Below, in pieces: positions 37,299 through 46,049 of a stretch of 64,000 nt of DNA. Below the pieces are notes generated by a model, which was given only the letters and a program-made list of their open reading frames with translations, was not told the origin of the DNA and did not search any database. The stretch spans positions 1-64,000 of the IMG/VR virus record IMGVR_UViG_2974782369_000001. The stretch is one strand, 5' to 3'. Position 1 is the first letter of the stretch; each line of letters begins with the position of its first letter. The position numbers and the translations under genes are program-made. Source of the stretch: a virus (Duplodnaviria > Caudoviricetes).

Positions 37299-37939
37299 GA
37301 GTAAATTTTGTATGCTCCAGGATGATCAAATTGAATATTACTATTTACATATTGCTTATAGTCTTCTGGTAAAGATTGAAGAAAACTATTAGCAGAATAA
37401 CGGACACCTTTCGTAATTTCTTCTACTTCATGGACCCAGAAATAATCTGCTGGCCAAATCATTGCATCGCCAAGTCCAAGTTTAATTCTATGCTTACCCT
37501 TAAAAAATACAAAGTCACCACCTTCATAATCATCACTCAGATTGAATGAGCAACTACCCATAACCCAAGGATCGGTCCAAGATGCATCGATGTGTGGATG
37601 GATCCATCCGCCTGGTTTATATTTCATGACTCTACACTTATGAGAATACCTCAGGGCATTCTTAAAATTTACATGAAATGCATCAAATTTAGAGAGATGC
37701 TCATGATACTTATTGATCAAAGTTTCTGTTGAGTTATAAAACAACTGATATGCTTCATCTTCTTCAGTCAGCACAACAGAAGTAAATGTGGATTGGACCA
37801 ACTTTGCAGTTGTTGCATGAGAGCAACGCTCATACTTAGATGATGCTTCTCTCCTCTCAAAGTTATCGATTAACTGCTGACATTGATCGGGACTTAGAAA
37901 GTTTGGAATATGAAGTATTAGATCAGTTAGTTGTATCAT
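37295..37939 (-). CDS. 2OG-Fe(II) oxygenase (prolyl-hydroxylase-like)
   Basis: HPHID, DDYEGGDF, WVHEV..ITKGVRYS. Confidence 0.88.
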   Translation of the reverse strand: MIQLTDLILHIPNFLSPDQCQQLIDNFERREASSKYERCSHATTAKLVQSTFTSVVLTEEDEAYQLFYNSTETLINKYHEHLSKFDAFHVNFKNALRYSHKCRVMKYKPGGWIHPHIDASWTDPWVMGSCSFNLSDDYEGGDFVFFKGKHRIKLGLGDAMIWPADYFWVHEVEEITKGVRYSANSFLQSLPEDYKQYVNSNIQFDHPGAYKIYS

Positions 37940-37966
37940 GCCAAATCCAATTCATATTATCTATAA

Positions 37967-38039
37967 CTCCTCCACCTGGGCTCGAACCAGGGACATAGTG
38001 ATTAACAGTCACTCGCTCTACCGACTGAGCTATAGAGGA
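37967..38039 (-). tRNA. trnN: tRNA-Asn(GTT)
   Basis: TCCTCTATAGCTCAGTCGGTAGAGCG-AGTGA-CTGTTAA-TCACT...GGTTCGAGCC...TGGAGGAG cloverleaf; no encoded CCA. Confidence 0.95.
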
Positions 38040-38064
38040 ATATTCGCTATTCGGAAATAGCGAA

Positions 38065-38137
38065 TGGAGAATAGCGGACTCGAACCGCTGACCCCCTGCG
38101 TGCAAAGCAGGTGCTCTACCAACTGAGCTAATTCCCC
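38065..38137 (-). tRNA. trnA: tRNA-Ala(TGC)
   Basis: GGGGAATTAGCTCAGTTGGTAGAGCA-CCTGC-TTTGCAC-GCAGG...GGTTCGAGTCC...TTCTCCA. Confidence 0.95.
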
Positions 38138-38141
38138 GAGG

Positions 38142-38215
38142 AGCCACAAGTCGGACTTGAACCGACGACCTACGGTTTACAAAACCGTTGCTCTATCCAG
38201 CTGAGCTATAGTGGC
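38142..38215 (-). tRNA. trnT: tRNA-Thr(TGT)
   Basis: GCCACTATAGCTCAGCTGGATAGAGCA-ACGGT-TTTGTAA-ACCGT...GGTTCAAGTCC...TGTGGCT. Confidence 0.93.
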
Positions 38216-38230
38216 GTGTTTTCTGGACTA

Positions 38231-38259
38231 ATTATAGAGTATGTAGTCCAGTTTGTCAA
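38231..38259 (-). promoter_or_regulatory. Consensus sigma70 promoter for the tRNA-Thr/Ala/Asn operon
   Basis: TTGACA-17-TATAAT exact; the -35 contains the TGA stop of 38256-38858. Confidence 0.85.
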
Positions 38260-38858
38260 GACCCTGGTTTTTTATTGGGATCATGAAAAGTATACCATCC
38301 TGTAATGATATATTTTTCTTGAGTAGGTGACACCTGACCTCTGTGAGTGTAGGTCCAATCTACAGGCCAAATAAGGGTTTTCCCCTTTTCTGCTGTTACC
38401 GTGTGCTCTTGATTGTAGAAGTGGGTGCCACCACCATCAGTAACATCATTTAAGTATGTCATCCAGACTAAATGCCTAGCACTAAAAGGATATTCGGGTC
38501 TTGTCCTTTCACAGTGAAGTGCATAGAACCCTTCCCCAGGTTTATAGTGTTGAATATTATAATTTTCAACAATATAAAATGGAAAATACATGCCACATGC
38601 AGGAAACATGTCAATATATTTTCCAACGCATTTTTGCAACTGCTCCATGTATCGAATGCAAGGAGAGTCATTTACATCTAAAGTAATCTCCAAGTCTGTA
38701 GATACCTTTACCTCTGGATTATATCCATTTCCAGTGATACCTTGACCTTTCATCCCACTAGTATTAGCATACTCTGAGTTGTGAAAGTAATCAATCAGAT
38801 CATCACATACACTGAGATCATCTATAAAAAATTCACCGATAAAATTGTCATGCTTCAT
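38256..38858 (-). CDS. 2OG-Fe(II) oxygenase (prolyl-4-hydroxylase-like), tandem paralogue 1
   Basis: HCE, WMTYLNDV.DGGGT.F, WP.DWTYTHRG and KYIITGW. Confidence 0.88.
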   Translation of the reverse strand: MKHDNFIGEFFIDDLSVCDDLIDYFHNSEYANTSGMKGQGITGNGYNPEVKVSTDLEITLDVNDSPCIRYMEQLQKCVGKYIDMFPACGMYFPFYIVENYNIQHYKPGEGFYALHCERTRPEYPFSARHLVWMTYLNDVTDGGGTHFYNQEHTVTAEKGKTLIWPVDWTYTHRGQVSPTQEKYIITGWYTFHDPNKKPGS

Positions 38859-38876
38859 GTTAATATATCCACTTTG

Positions 38877-39521
38877 TCAAGACCCTGGTTTGGTTGGATC
38901 TGAGTAAAAACTATACCATCCAGTAATGATATATTTGTGCTCTGTGGGAGAAACTTGACCTCGATGAGTGTAAGTCCAATCACAGGGCCATATAAGAGTC
39001 TTTCCCTTTTCTGCCTTGAAGATTGTATTTTGATTGTAGAATTCAGTGCCTCCACCATCTTCAACATCATTTAAGTATGTCATCCAAACTAAGTGACGTG
39101 CATTAGAAGGTTCTCTAGAATTACCCCTTTCGCAATGAAAGGCGAAGAAACCTTCTCCAGGTTTATACCATTGAATATTATAATTTTCAACAATTCTCCA
39201 GGGAGAAGCAATATTACATGCTGGATACTGTGCAATGTATTTTTCACAACATGACTGCAACTGCCGCATATAATTTGAATTGGCAGAAAAAGTCATTTGT
39301 GGCGTAATCTCAAGATCAGTAGATTTTTTAACCTTTTCATCATATCCACTGGTTGTAATACCTTGCCTATGATTGGTCTTACCATATGCAGAGTTATGAA
39401 AGAAATCAATCAAATCATCACATACACTAAGATCATCAAGAAAATACTCACCAATAAAATTGCTAGTGAGAGTATTATTTCCAGTGAATAGAGATTTATC
39501 GGATAATGAGTCTACATTCAT
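38877..39521 (-). CDS. 2OG-Fe(II) oxygenase (prolyl-4-hydroxylase-like), tandem paralogue 2
   Basis: Same motifs as 38256-38858, visibly homologous along the whole length. Confidence 0.88.
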   Translation of the reverse strand: MNVDSLSDKSLFTGNNTLTSNFIGEYFLDDLSVCDDLIDFFHNSAYGKTNHRQGITTSGYDEKVKKSTDLEITPQMTFSANSNYMRQLQSCCEKYIAQYPACNIASPWRIVENYNIQWYKPGEGFFAFHCERGNSREPSNARHLVWMTYLNDVEDGGGTEFYNQNTIFKAEKGKTLIWPCDWTYTHRGQVSPTEHKYIITGWYSFYSDPTKPGS

Positions 39522-39537
39522 GTTAAGATTTCCACAA

Positions 39538-39620
39538 TAGGACGAGAGGGACTTGAACCCTCACGACTATACAGTCAACAGATTTTAAGTCTGGTGCGTC
39601 TACCATTCCGCCACCGTCCC
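39538..39620 (-). tRNA. trnL: tRNA-Leu(TAA)
   Basis: GGGACGGTGGCGGAATGGTAGACGCA-CCAGA-CTTAAAA-TCTGT, long variable arm, GGTTCAAGTCC; no intron. Confidence 0.93.
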
Positions 39621-39624
39621 TTAT

Positions 39625-40155
39625 TTAGTTTTCCCACCACATCTTAATAAAAACATTGCCAGAAATGGTAGATCCAACTCCACCAGGGACAACATAATGC
39701 TCAATAAATGATGGGAAGATCACAATGTTACCTGATTTAAATTCAGGAAACCACTCCTCTATGAAGTAGTCTTTATACATTGGCATTTGAGTATGGACAG
39801 AATTCCTATAGGGATTTTGGAATACTGTCCGAGATCTATCTACCTCTTCGTAGATAATGAAACTCCACTGAGAGAATGCATGGATATGCGGTTCTTGCCA
39901 GTCGGTTTCTTTATACCTATTCCTCCATAACTCAACAATCTCAAGATGAGAATAGTCAATATTGAGAGTGTCAATATTTTTTGCAATTACCCTAGATAAG
40001 TAAGAAATGGTGTCCTGAGGGATCTTTTTATCACATCTCAGACTAGTATGCACACCACTCCTAAAAGTAGGTTGCATATCTTCATCAATGATTACGATCT
40101 TAGATAGATCAACCTCATCAATAAAAACTGGGACAGAAAAAAGATCTTGCTTCAT
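39625..40155 (-). CDS. 2OG-Fe(II) oxygenase-like protein (TIGR02466-like)
   Basis: LFSVP, W.N.Y....QEPHIH and G.IVIFPSFIEH.V. Confidence 0.8.
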   Translation of the reverse strand: MKQDLFSVPVFIDEVDLSKIVIIDEDMQPTFRSGVHTSLRCDKKIPQDTISYLSRVIAKNIDTLNIDYSHLEIVELWRNRYKETDWQEPHIHAFSQWSFIIYEEVDRSRTVFQNPYRNSVHTQMPMYKDYFIEEWFPEFKSGNIVIFPSFIEHYVVPGGVGSTISGNVFIKMWWEN

Positions 40156-40174
40156 TATGATTCATAGGTATAAG

Positions 40175-40248
40175 TCGGGGTGACAGGATTCGAACCTGCG
40201 ACCCTCTGCTCCCAAAGCAGATGCGCTACCAAACTGCGCTACACCCCG
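40175..40248 (-). tRNA. trnP: tRNA-Pro(TGG)
   Basis: CGGGGTGTAGCGCAGTTTGGTAGCGCA-TCTGC-TTTGGGA-GCAGA...GGTTCGAATCC...CACCCCGA. Confidence 0.95.
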
Positions 40249-40400
40249 TCATGTTTGTATGTCGGAGGATGAAAAGCACAATACTCGTTGAAAGTGATTT
40301 TCATTTCTTTCCAAGAAAGATTACAGTTTTCTGCTGCTTTAGGGACATTCCATTTAGCAGCAAATAACATTTCCATAGACTTGCGTGTTTCTGGTCTCAA
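40239..40400 (-). CDS. Small hypothetical protein (53 aa) ending inside tRNA-Pro
   Basis: Read manually, TTG start: MRPETRKSMEMLFAAKWNVPKAAENCNLSWKEMKITFNEYCAFHPPTYKHDGV. Confidence 0.65.
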   Translation of the reverse strand: MRPETRKSMEMLFAAKWNVPKAAENCNLSWKEMKITFNEYCAFHPPTYKHDGV

Positions 40401-40564
40401 TCTGATGCTCTCCAATGAGTTACTTTCTTTGTTTGAAATTCTTCTACCATTTCTAGTAGTTTTCGGGATGTAACTCTCGCTTGAGTTTCATCCCATTCTG
40501 TGCCGTAGACATCTTGATACAAAACTTGGGACATTGAGTCCACCAGCATGTCATAATTGGTCAT
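40397..40564 (-). CDS. Small hypothetical protein (55 aa)
   Basis: Read manually: MTNYDMLVDSMSQVLYQDVYGTEWDETQARVTSRKLLEMVEEFQTKKVTHWRASD. Confidence 0.6.
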   Translation of the reverse strand: MTNYDMLVDSMSQVLYQDVYGTEWDETQARVTSRKLLEMVEEFQTKKVTHWRASD

Positions 40565-40594
40565 CGCGTATTCGCAAGTTACATTATATATGGG

Positions 40595-40819
40595 TTAAGA
40601 AGTGGCGTTTTCTTCCAAGAATTGCTTCTTAAATTCTTCAACTTGATTGAGCACTTCTTCAGATAAAGGAGGACCAGATTGGATAATTGGAGCAAGAATA
40701 ACAGCAGCACCATCAGGACGCTCAATGCGCCAAACACAACGGTTACGCTCACACATATCAACCAGAAACTCAAGATACTTCTCCGCTTCTGATTCTGTTA
40801 CTCGGATTGGATCATTCAT
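40595..40819 (-). CDS. Phd/YefM-like (antitoxin DNA-binding fold) small protein
   Basis: IRVTESEAEKYLEFLVDMCERNRCVWRIERPDGAAVILAP resembles the YefM N-terminal pattern. Confidence 0.55.
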   Translation of the reverse strand: MNDPIRVTESEAEKYLEFLVDMCERNRCVWRIERPDGAAVILAPIIQSGPPLSEEVLNQVEEFKKQFLEENATS

Positions 40820-41015
40820 CGGACAATTCAGCAAAACAATAAGTACGCATTTCAGAGTCAGTTACAGACTCAATAGCAGATACAGTCTCTGCAAAACCTT
40901 CGGTGCCTTCACGATCCCACTTCCAGGATACTGTGCGCTCATCTCCATCATCAGACACGATGGTAACCGATCGCTTAGAAAAGTTGATGAAAATTTGCTC
41001 TAGGGTGTCGGACAT
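40812..41015 (-). CDS. Hypothetical protein
   Basis: ORF track; AGGAG RBS and a perfect promoter upstream. Confidence 0.75.
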   Translation of the reverse strand: MSDTLEQIFINFSKRSVTIVSDDGDERTVSWKWDREGTEGFAETVSAIESVTDSEMRTYCFAELSDE

Positions 41016-41037
41016 CGTGTCTCCTGATTACCCCCAT

Positions 41038-41066
41038 ATTATAGCAGGTATGGGGGTCGGTGTCAA
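41038..41066 (-). promoter_or_regulatory. Consensus sigma70 promoter
   Basis: TTGACA-17-TATAAT exact; the -35 overlaps the gp5 stop codon. Confidence 0.85.
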
Positions 41067-43588
41067 TTCAGTTTGATGACAGTTGCTGTAGCGACCAATG
41101 CAGCGCCTGCGGTCAGGGTTAATGCTCCACCAGCAGTGATACTGGCAGCACCAGCGGCAGCATTCAAAGCAATAGCGCCCGTTGCTACATTAGCAGTAAA
41201 TGCACCAGCACCAACTGTAAATGTTGCACCACCTGCAGCACAAGTTACCAGGAATGGTCCAGGAGTAGTGACTGTAAATGGTGGTGTGCCACCTGCAAGT
41301 GCAGGAGTTTGTGTGAATGTAACGGGACCACCAATGAATGAATATCTACCACCAGCAGCGCCGAGAGGGGGAGTATTGATCTTCTCAGTCAATGTTTTTG
41401 TATCGACTGTAAACGCATTAGCAGCAGAAATAACAACTTCACCACCACTCATGTTTTGAGTCTTGCCAAGATTCTTAAAACTGGAAGAAGACAATACTTG
41501 CTCTCTAGCAGCAAGTTCCATCTTAACAGCCTGCATCTTCAGATTAGCACCAGAAATATTAAAATCTACATCAGATCCAAACTGGATTGTATGCTTCTGA
41601 ATCTTATCCTTATCCTCTTTATCTTTACCTTTCTTATCTGCCTGCTTAGGAGCACCCTGAGCATTCATAAAGAAACCACCACCAACTTCAATATGACAGT
41701 CACCAGTGACCTTCAAGCGATAATCGCCCTCGATTGTGCGGACATAATCACCATCAACAACCTTACAGTCATCACCTCTAACATCACAGGTATGATTGCC
41801 TGCATATGAAGTATGGTCTGCTGTATAATCTCCCTGCTCTGTTTTGCCTGGGGAGTTTGAAGTTTGCCTCTTTACATATTCATCAACCTTTTTATCCAAC
41901 TCACTAGGAGTTAGTTGAGGATTCTGTCTCTTAATAGTTGTCCTGATTGCTGCATTTGCTTTGTGTTTTGCCAACTCAGCATTATTTGCTCGGACAGAGA
42001 ATGTAGTAGTGCCAGATGCACTTCGATTAATTGTTGCAGTCCTACCAGGAGTGCCTAGTTGTAGTGAATATGCGCCATTAACAAAGTTTTGAGCAGCAGT
42101 TAGATAAGGATCTGCTTCTGCAATAAAAGAATCGATAAAACTAGTTGCAGCATTTCCCCCGCAACCTGGGTTTGGATTACCACTTGCAGGGTGAGCAGCA
42201 AGTGCTGCAGGTGAGCAGGAAGTTACACCGAAAAATGGGAAGAAACCTACTGTATCTTGACCACCATTTGCCTTTCTATCGCATCCAAAATCGAAGAATG
42301 ATAATAGTAGTGTAATGATACCAGCAATATCCTCGATGCTCAACTTCGAGAGGTCAAACTTACCATTGAAAATTTCAGATCCCTTTTCCCAACCCTCAAT
42401 AAGTTCTTTTGCACCAGAAACTGTATTCAATACAGTCTTAACTGTGTCGATAACTTTGAGGACAGATGAGAGCATACCTTCAATGGCGCAAAACATCTTA
42501 TCAAGGACGCCTTGCACACCCTGAACGAAAGCAGTAGCAGCATCAATAGCACCTTCAACTAACTGCTCAACAATTTGAAGCACAAAACCGATGGGATCAT
42601 TGATAAATGCAATAATTTGCTGGTCAATACCACAAATCAAACTAAGAATTGCCGAAATTGCTGCCTGAATAGCAGCAAATGTTGTGCCAGGAATACCAAG
42701 GAAAGATGTAATGAAAGAAGACTTTTCAATTTTCTGCACCAACTCATCAAGTTGTGCTCTAATAGCAGAGACGACCTGAGCAAAAACCGCACTCAAAAAG
42801 TTTTTCAGTTTCGCAACTAATTGCTGTGCAGTAAATACTTTATTCTCAAATACATCAATAAACTCACCATTCTCATTTTTCACCAAACTAGTGGCAGTAT
42901 CTACAAGATCTTGAATGAGATAATTTAATTCATACTCTAATGTTTTCCAGGGTCCACCAGTGCCAGAAGCAGCAGGAATTGGTTTATCTTTAGGTGGTTG
43001 TCTTACATTACCTGGGTTTGCACTGGATCCATTGACTTTCTTGCTCATGTCATTTGGAGATCCTGCAGCACCAGGAGTCCGTCCAGATCCAGGGATATTA
43101 ACAGTATTAACTTTAACTGGTCCGTCAAAACCTTTCGTAGTATTTGCAGATCCAAGACCAGATAAACCTGGGTTTGGAGCAACACCATTAGGAATATCTA
43201 GACCAGTAAAGAGAAACTTTTTGCCACTCTTTTTCTGATTTTTATTGCCACGAATGACTCCCATAACGAGAGGCATTTGAGCATCTTCGCCATCCATGAA
43301 GAAACCCATGACAATAGCGCCAGGTTGTAACTGACCAGAGGATTGACCTTGACCGTCATTACCTGCTTGGTCAGTGCCCTGCAGCACTGTTGCCCATGGA
43401 AGATCGTCTGTTGGAAGTTTGGTTGCACTAGATCCATCAGGACTGGTGTAATAGTTGAGGACTCTAACTTTTACACGACCGAGTTGTAGAGGATCTTCAT
43501 TATCCTCAACTTCTCCAATCCACCAGAAAAAACCATCTTTACCCACAAAGTTGGTATTCTGCTCACTTATAATACCGTCAATACTCAT
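41063..43588 (-). CDS. gp5: Baseplate hub / central spike gp5 (OB fold and beta-helix; no recognisable lysozyme domain)
   Basis: WWIGEVED..DPLQLGRVKVRV...LPWA...G..VMGFFMDGEDAQ.P.V.G; VDGDY...IEGDY.LKVTGD beta-helix repeats. Confidence 0.92.
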   Translation of the reverse strand: MSIDGIISEQNTNFVGKDGFFWWIGEVEDNEDPLQLGRVKVRVLNYYTSPDGSSATKLPTDDLPWATVLQGTDQAGNDGQGQSSGQLQPGAIVMGFFMDGEDAQMPLVMGVIRGNKNQKKSGKKFLFTGLDIPNGVAPNPGLSGLGSANTTKGFDGPVKVNTVNIPGSGRTPGAAGSPNDMSKKVNGSSANPGNVRQPPKDKPIPAASGTGGPWKTLEYELNYLIQDLVDTATSLVKNENGEFIDVFENKVFTAQQLVAKLKNFLSAVFAQVVSAIRAQLDELVQKIEKSSFITSFLGIPGTTFAAIQAAISAILSLICGIDQQIIAFINDPIGFVLQIVEQLVEGAIDAATAFVQGVQGVLDKMFCAIEGMLSSVLKVIDTVKTVLNTVSGAKELIEGWEKGSEIFNGKFDLSKLSIEDIAGIITLLLSFFDFGCDRKANGGQDTVGFFPFFGVTSCSPAALAAHPASGNPNPGCGGNAATSFIDSFIAEADPYLTAAQNFVNGAYSLQLGTPGRTATINRSASGTTTFSVRANNAELAKHKANAAIRTTIKRQNPQLTPSELDKKVDEYVKRQTSNSPGKTEQGDYTADHTSYAGNHTCDVRGDDCKVVDGDYVRTIEGDYRLKVTGDCHIEVGGGFFMNAQGAPKQADKKGKDKEDKDKIQKHTIQFGSDVDFNISGANLKMQAVKMELAAREQVLSSSSFKNLGKTQNMSGGEVVISAANAFTVDTKTLTEKINTPPLGAAGGRYSFIGGPVTFTQTPALAGGTPPFTVTTPGPFLVTCAAGGATFTVGAGAFTANVATGAIALNAAAGAASITAGGALTLTAGAALVATATVIKLN

Positions 43589-43613
43589 TTCGCAACAGAC
43601 TGTTTCACATTAT

Positions 43614-43799
43614 TTAGTCGTCCATAGGGTTGCTTTGACGCCAATGTGTGCCTGCACCTTTTAGACGAGATACCAATTCTTGAGCAAATGCCTCCATTTT
43701 TTCAGGATGAATCTGTTGAATACCACCCTCTTTCACGGCATTTTCAATGCTATAGATTTCGTTTGAATCCAGTTTTTTACCGTTGATTGGAAGAGTCAT
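43614..43799 (-). CDS. Hypothetical protein
   Basis: ORF track; AGGAG RBS. Confidence 0.7.
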   Translation of the reverse strand: MTLPINGKKLDSNEIYSIENAVKEGGIQQIHPEKMEAFAQELVSRLKGAGTHWRQSNPMDD

Positions 43800-43879
43800 A
43801 GTCTCCTGTCGTTGACCATAGTATTTTATCAGAGATCCTTGACAATTTGGAGTTTTTTTATCATTTTTTTAGAATTGGA

Positions 43880-43951
43880 TGGGCGATACTGGATTCGAAC
43901 CAGTGACTTACCACTTGTAAGGAGGCCACTCTACCGCTGAGTTAATCGCCC
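43880..43951 (-). tRNA. trnV: tRNA-Val(TAC)
   Basis: GGGCGATTAACTCAGCGGTAGAGTG...CTTACAA...GGTTCGAATCC...ATCGCCCA. Confidence 0.92.
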
Positions 43952-44398
43952 TCGTTTGAAACGGTATAACATAGTGCTTCCAAACACCATGTTTCCGTCA
44001 GAATCAAAACCCTGATCTTTACTATCTAGACCAGTTTTAGTTAGATGAATTTCAGGTTTGACACGCACCCCATCTCTGACAAAACAATTATCAGAAACGA
44101 GACTGCCGTGCCATGCCTGTCCATCGAATGTAAACATCATATCACAACCTTCGCATCTTGTCCAGTCTGTATGATAGTTTTCTACGATAACTGTGGTCTC
44201 ATCAATTTCAACCAATTTGTGATACCTTTCTCGATAAGGTTTATTTGGACCGTCAGATCTGTAGTAGTTTTTTGAATGATATCCACCTTCTATCTTTTCC
44301 CACAGAATGTAAACCTGAGCGAATTCTGTGGGATGAGATTGTGCTTGAGTTTTATTATCATATAGACCTAGAAGGTATTCTTCAAAATTAGTCATCAT
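43931..44398 (-). CDS. cpeT: CpeT/CpcT-type phycobilin lyase
   Basis: G.YDNK.QAQS.P..F, PYR.R.H, CDM.F, D.GFD..G..VFGS motifs. Confidence 0.9.
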   Translation of the reverse strand: MMTNFEEYLLGLYDNKTQAQSHPTEFAQVYILWEKIEGGYHSKNYYRSDGPNKPYRERYHKLVEIDETTVIVENYHTDWTRCEGCDMMFTFDGQAWHGSLVSDNCFVRDGVRVKPEIHLTKTGLDSKDQGFDSDGNMVFGSTMLYRFKRGRLTQR

Positions 44399-44600
44399 AG
44401 ACTTTACATTCTAAAGCAGATGGATTGTTATCACAGTATAGTTCCAGAGATGTGGGGTCATGATGATCTTCTGGATGACGCTCTGCGTATGCTTCTAATT
44501 CTTCTAGTTCGCCTTCAATATGGCGACGACGTTGAGGTGAAATGTTAGGATTCTCAAGTTCTTGTTTGTCCGCCTCAATATGCTTTTCGATACTTTCCAT
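44388..44600 (-). CDS. cp12: Calvin cycle inhibitor CP12
   Basis: C-terminal LELYCDNNPSALECKVYDD. Confidence 0.93.
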   Translation of the reverse strand: MESIEKHIEADKQELENPNISPQRRRHIEGELEELEAYAERHPEDHHDPTSLELYCDNNPSALECKVYDD

Positions 44601-44624
44601 TGTATCCTCCTAATACAGTATTAT

Positions 44625-46046
44625 TTATTGATTGTTGTAAGAGTCTCTGTACAAAAGAACCTCTGTCACAACGCTTTTCTGATCATACAAGTGTCTTACA
44701 CCTGCGACCAGATATCTACCGCTATACTTGCGATCTTTCTCTATTTTATCACCTTTTGGTTTAGTTTGGGGAATACTGATCTCAAGTCCGTATCCAGGGT
44801 AGATATCTAGGTTACCAGGAATTTTGATTAGTAGTTGAATATTTTTAAGTGTTGTAACTCTAATGTGTTGATATGCCTGCAAATAGGATAACTCACCATA
44901 AAGTTTTTTATCAGTCTTTTCAGATCCAGGTTTATCAAAAATTCTATTGGGCAAAACACTATATCTAATTCTCTTGGGGAAATTCACCATTGCCTTGACA
45001 CTCTCGTCATAGACATCAACTGGATTTTTACCGCCACCAAGATGACTCATCTTATTCCAGAAGTTGATAGTATCTCTACCAGCAAAATCTTTCTTTGCTT
45101 TAGCAGAATCTTTGAATGTATAGATGAGGGGTGTAAATGTTGATGGCTCTAGTTTAGAATTGGAGAAATCATTTGGGTCAAAAGCAAGACTATAACCTGC
45201 GAAAGATCCATCCCTCAATACCTTCAAATAATTCTTATCTTCTGGAAATACAATACTATCAATACGGAATGTATCATTCCCCTCATCACCACTCTTCTTA
45301 GGTTCGTAAGTATATTTGTATAGTCTTGCCTTTCCTGACTTGGGATCAGTCTTTTGCTCATAAGTTTGAGCTTTAGCTTCATCAATCATGGTATCAATAG
45401 ATTTAAAATGATACCCAAGTCTACTTTCCCAGAATAAGAATCCATTTTGTGATTCACTGGATGGTCTCAACGACTTCTGTGCTACCCAATAGATTGTATC
45501 AAAAGTCCTCCAGTTTGTGCAAACAAACTCGTGATTATTCTTCGAGTCTTCAATAAAGAAATTCTTTGTTTTATTTTGGTTTCCATTTTCATCTTTACCA
45601 TAAATGTAGTCTTTTAGCAACTTTTCAACAATTGCCTTTGCCTTTACAGACTTACCAAATAACTCTTTAGATGATCCAAATACATTCCTCACTTCATTGA
45701 CAAGAAACTCAACGGATACGCATTGCACAATATAGACTTCAGAGTTTCCACTTCTAGATCTACTGTCAATGTTATACGCTCTCATATTATAAACTGCTTC
45801 GCTATTGCCCATATTGAATATCATCACCCATGCCTCACTTCCAGTTAGAGTGGACACCAAATCGGCACTATCTTGAATAACAATATCTGCTCTAATTGCA
45901 GAAGAGCTGATCGATTCATGCACAGTAACTGCCTGCACAAAGTCAGCGAGCTCCTTTGCTCCCTCCTTGTTAGTGACTACCTCACCATTTCGGACAAGTC
46001 GTAGACTAAAGTCTACGTCATTAGAAGTTTCTGCAGGTATTGCCAT
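44625..46046 (-). CDS. Baseplate hub protein (gp27/late control D-like)
   Basis: FLFWE...GYHFKSID and IPGN.....G..+.+.IP...YSGRYLVAGVRH; lies between gp5 and the tape-measure-like genes. Confidence 0.7.
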   Translation of the reverse strand: MAIPAETSNDVDFSLRLVRNGEVVTNKEGAKELADFVQAVTVHESISSSAIRADIVIQDSADLVSTLTGSEAWVMIFNMGNSEAVYNMRAYNIDSRSRSGNSEVYIVQCVSVEFLVNEVRNVFGSSKELFGKSVKAKAIVEKLLKDYIYGKDENGNQNKTKNFFIEDSKNNHEFVCTNWRTFDTIYWVAQKSLRPSSESQNGFLFWESRLGYHFKSIDTMIDEAKAQTYEQKTDPKSGKARLYKYTYEPKKSGDEGNDTFRIDSIVFPEDKNYLKVLRDGSFAGYSLAFDPNDFSNSKLEPSTFTPLIYTFKDSAKAKKDFAGRDTINFWNKMSHLGGGKNPVDVYDESVKAMVNFPKRIRYSVLPNRIFDKPGSEKTDKKLYGELSYLQAYQHIRVTTLKNIQLLIKIPGNLDIYPGYGLEISIPQTKPKGDKIEKDRKYSGRYLVAGVRHLYDQKSVVTEVLLYRDSYNNQ

Positions 46047-46049
46047 GGG

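Noticed and set aside
37923-38147. 74-aa ORF
   Set aside because: It is a translation of the tRNA-Ala and tRNA-Asn genes.
37967-43951. U34-biased tRNA set, suppressor tRNA or alternative genetic code
   Set aside because: tRNAs for A-ending codons are expected in AT-rich cyanophages; no suppressor anticodon; core genes are intact under the standard code with all three stops used.
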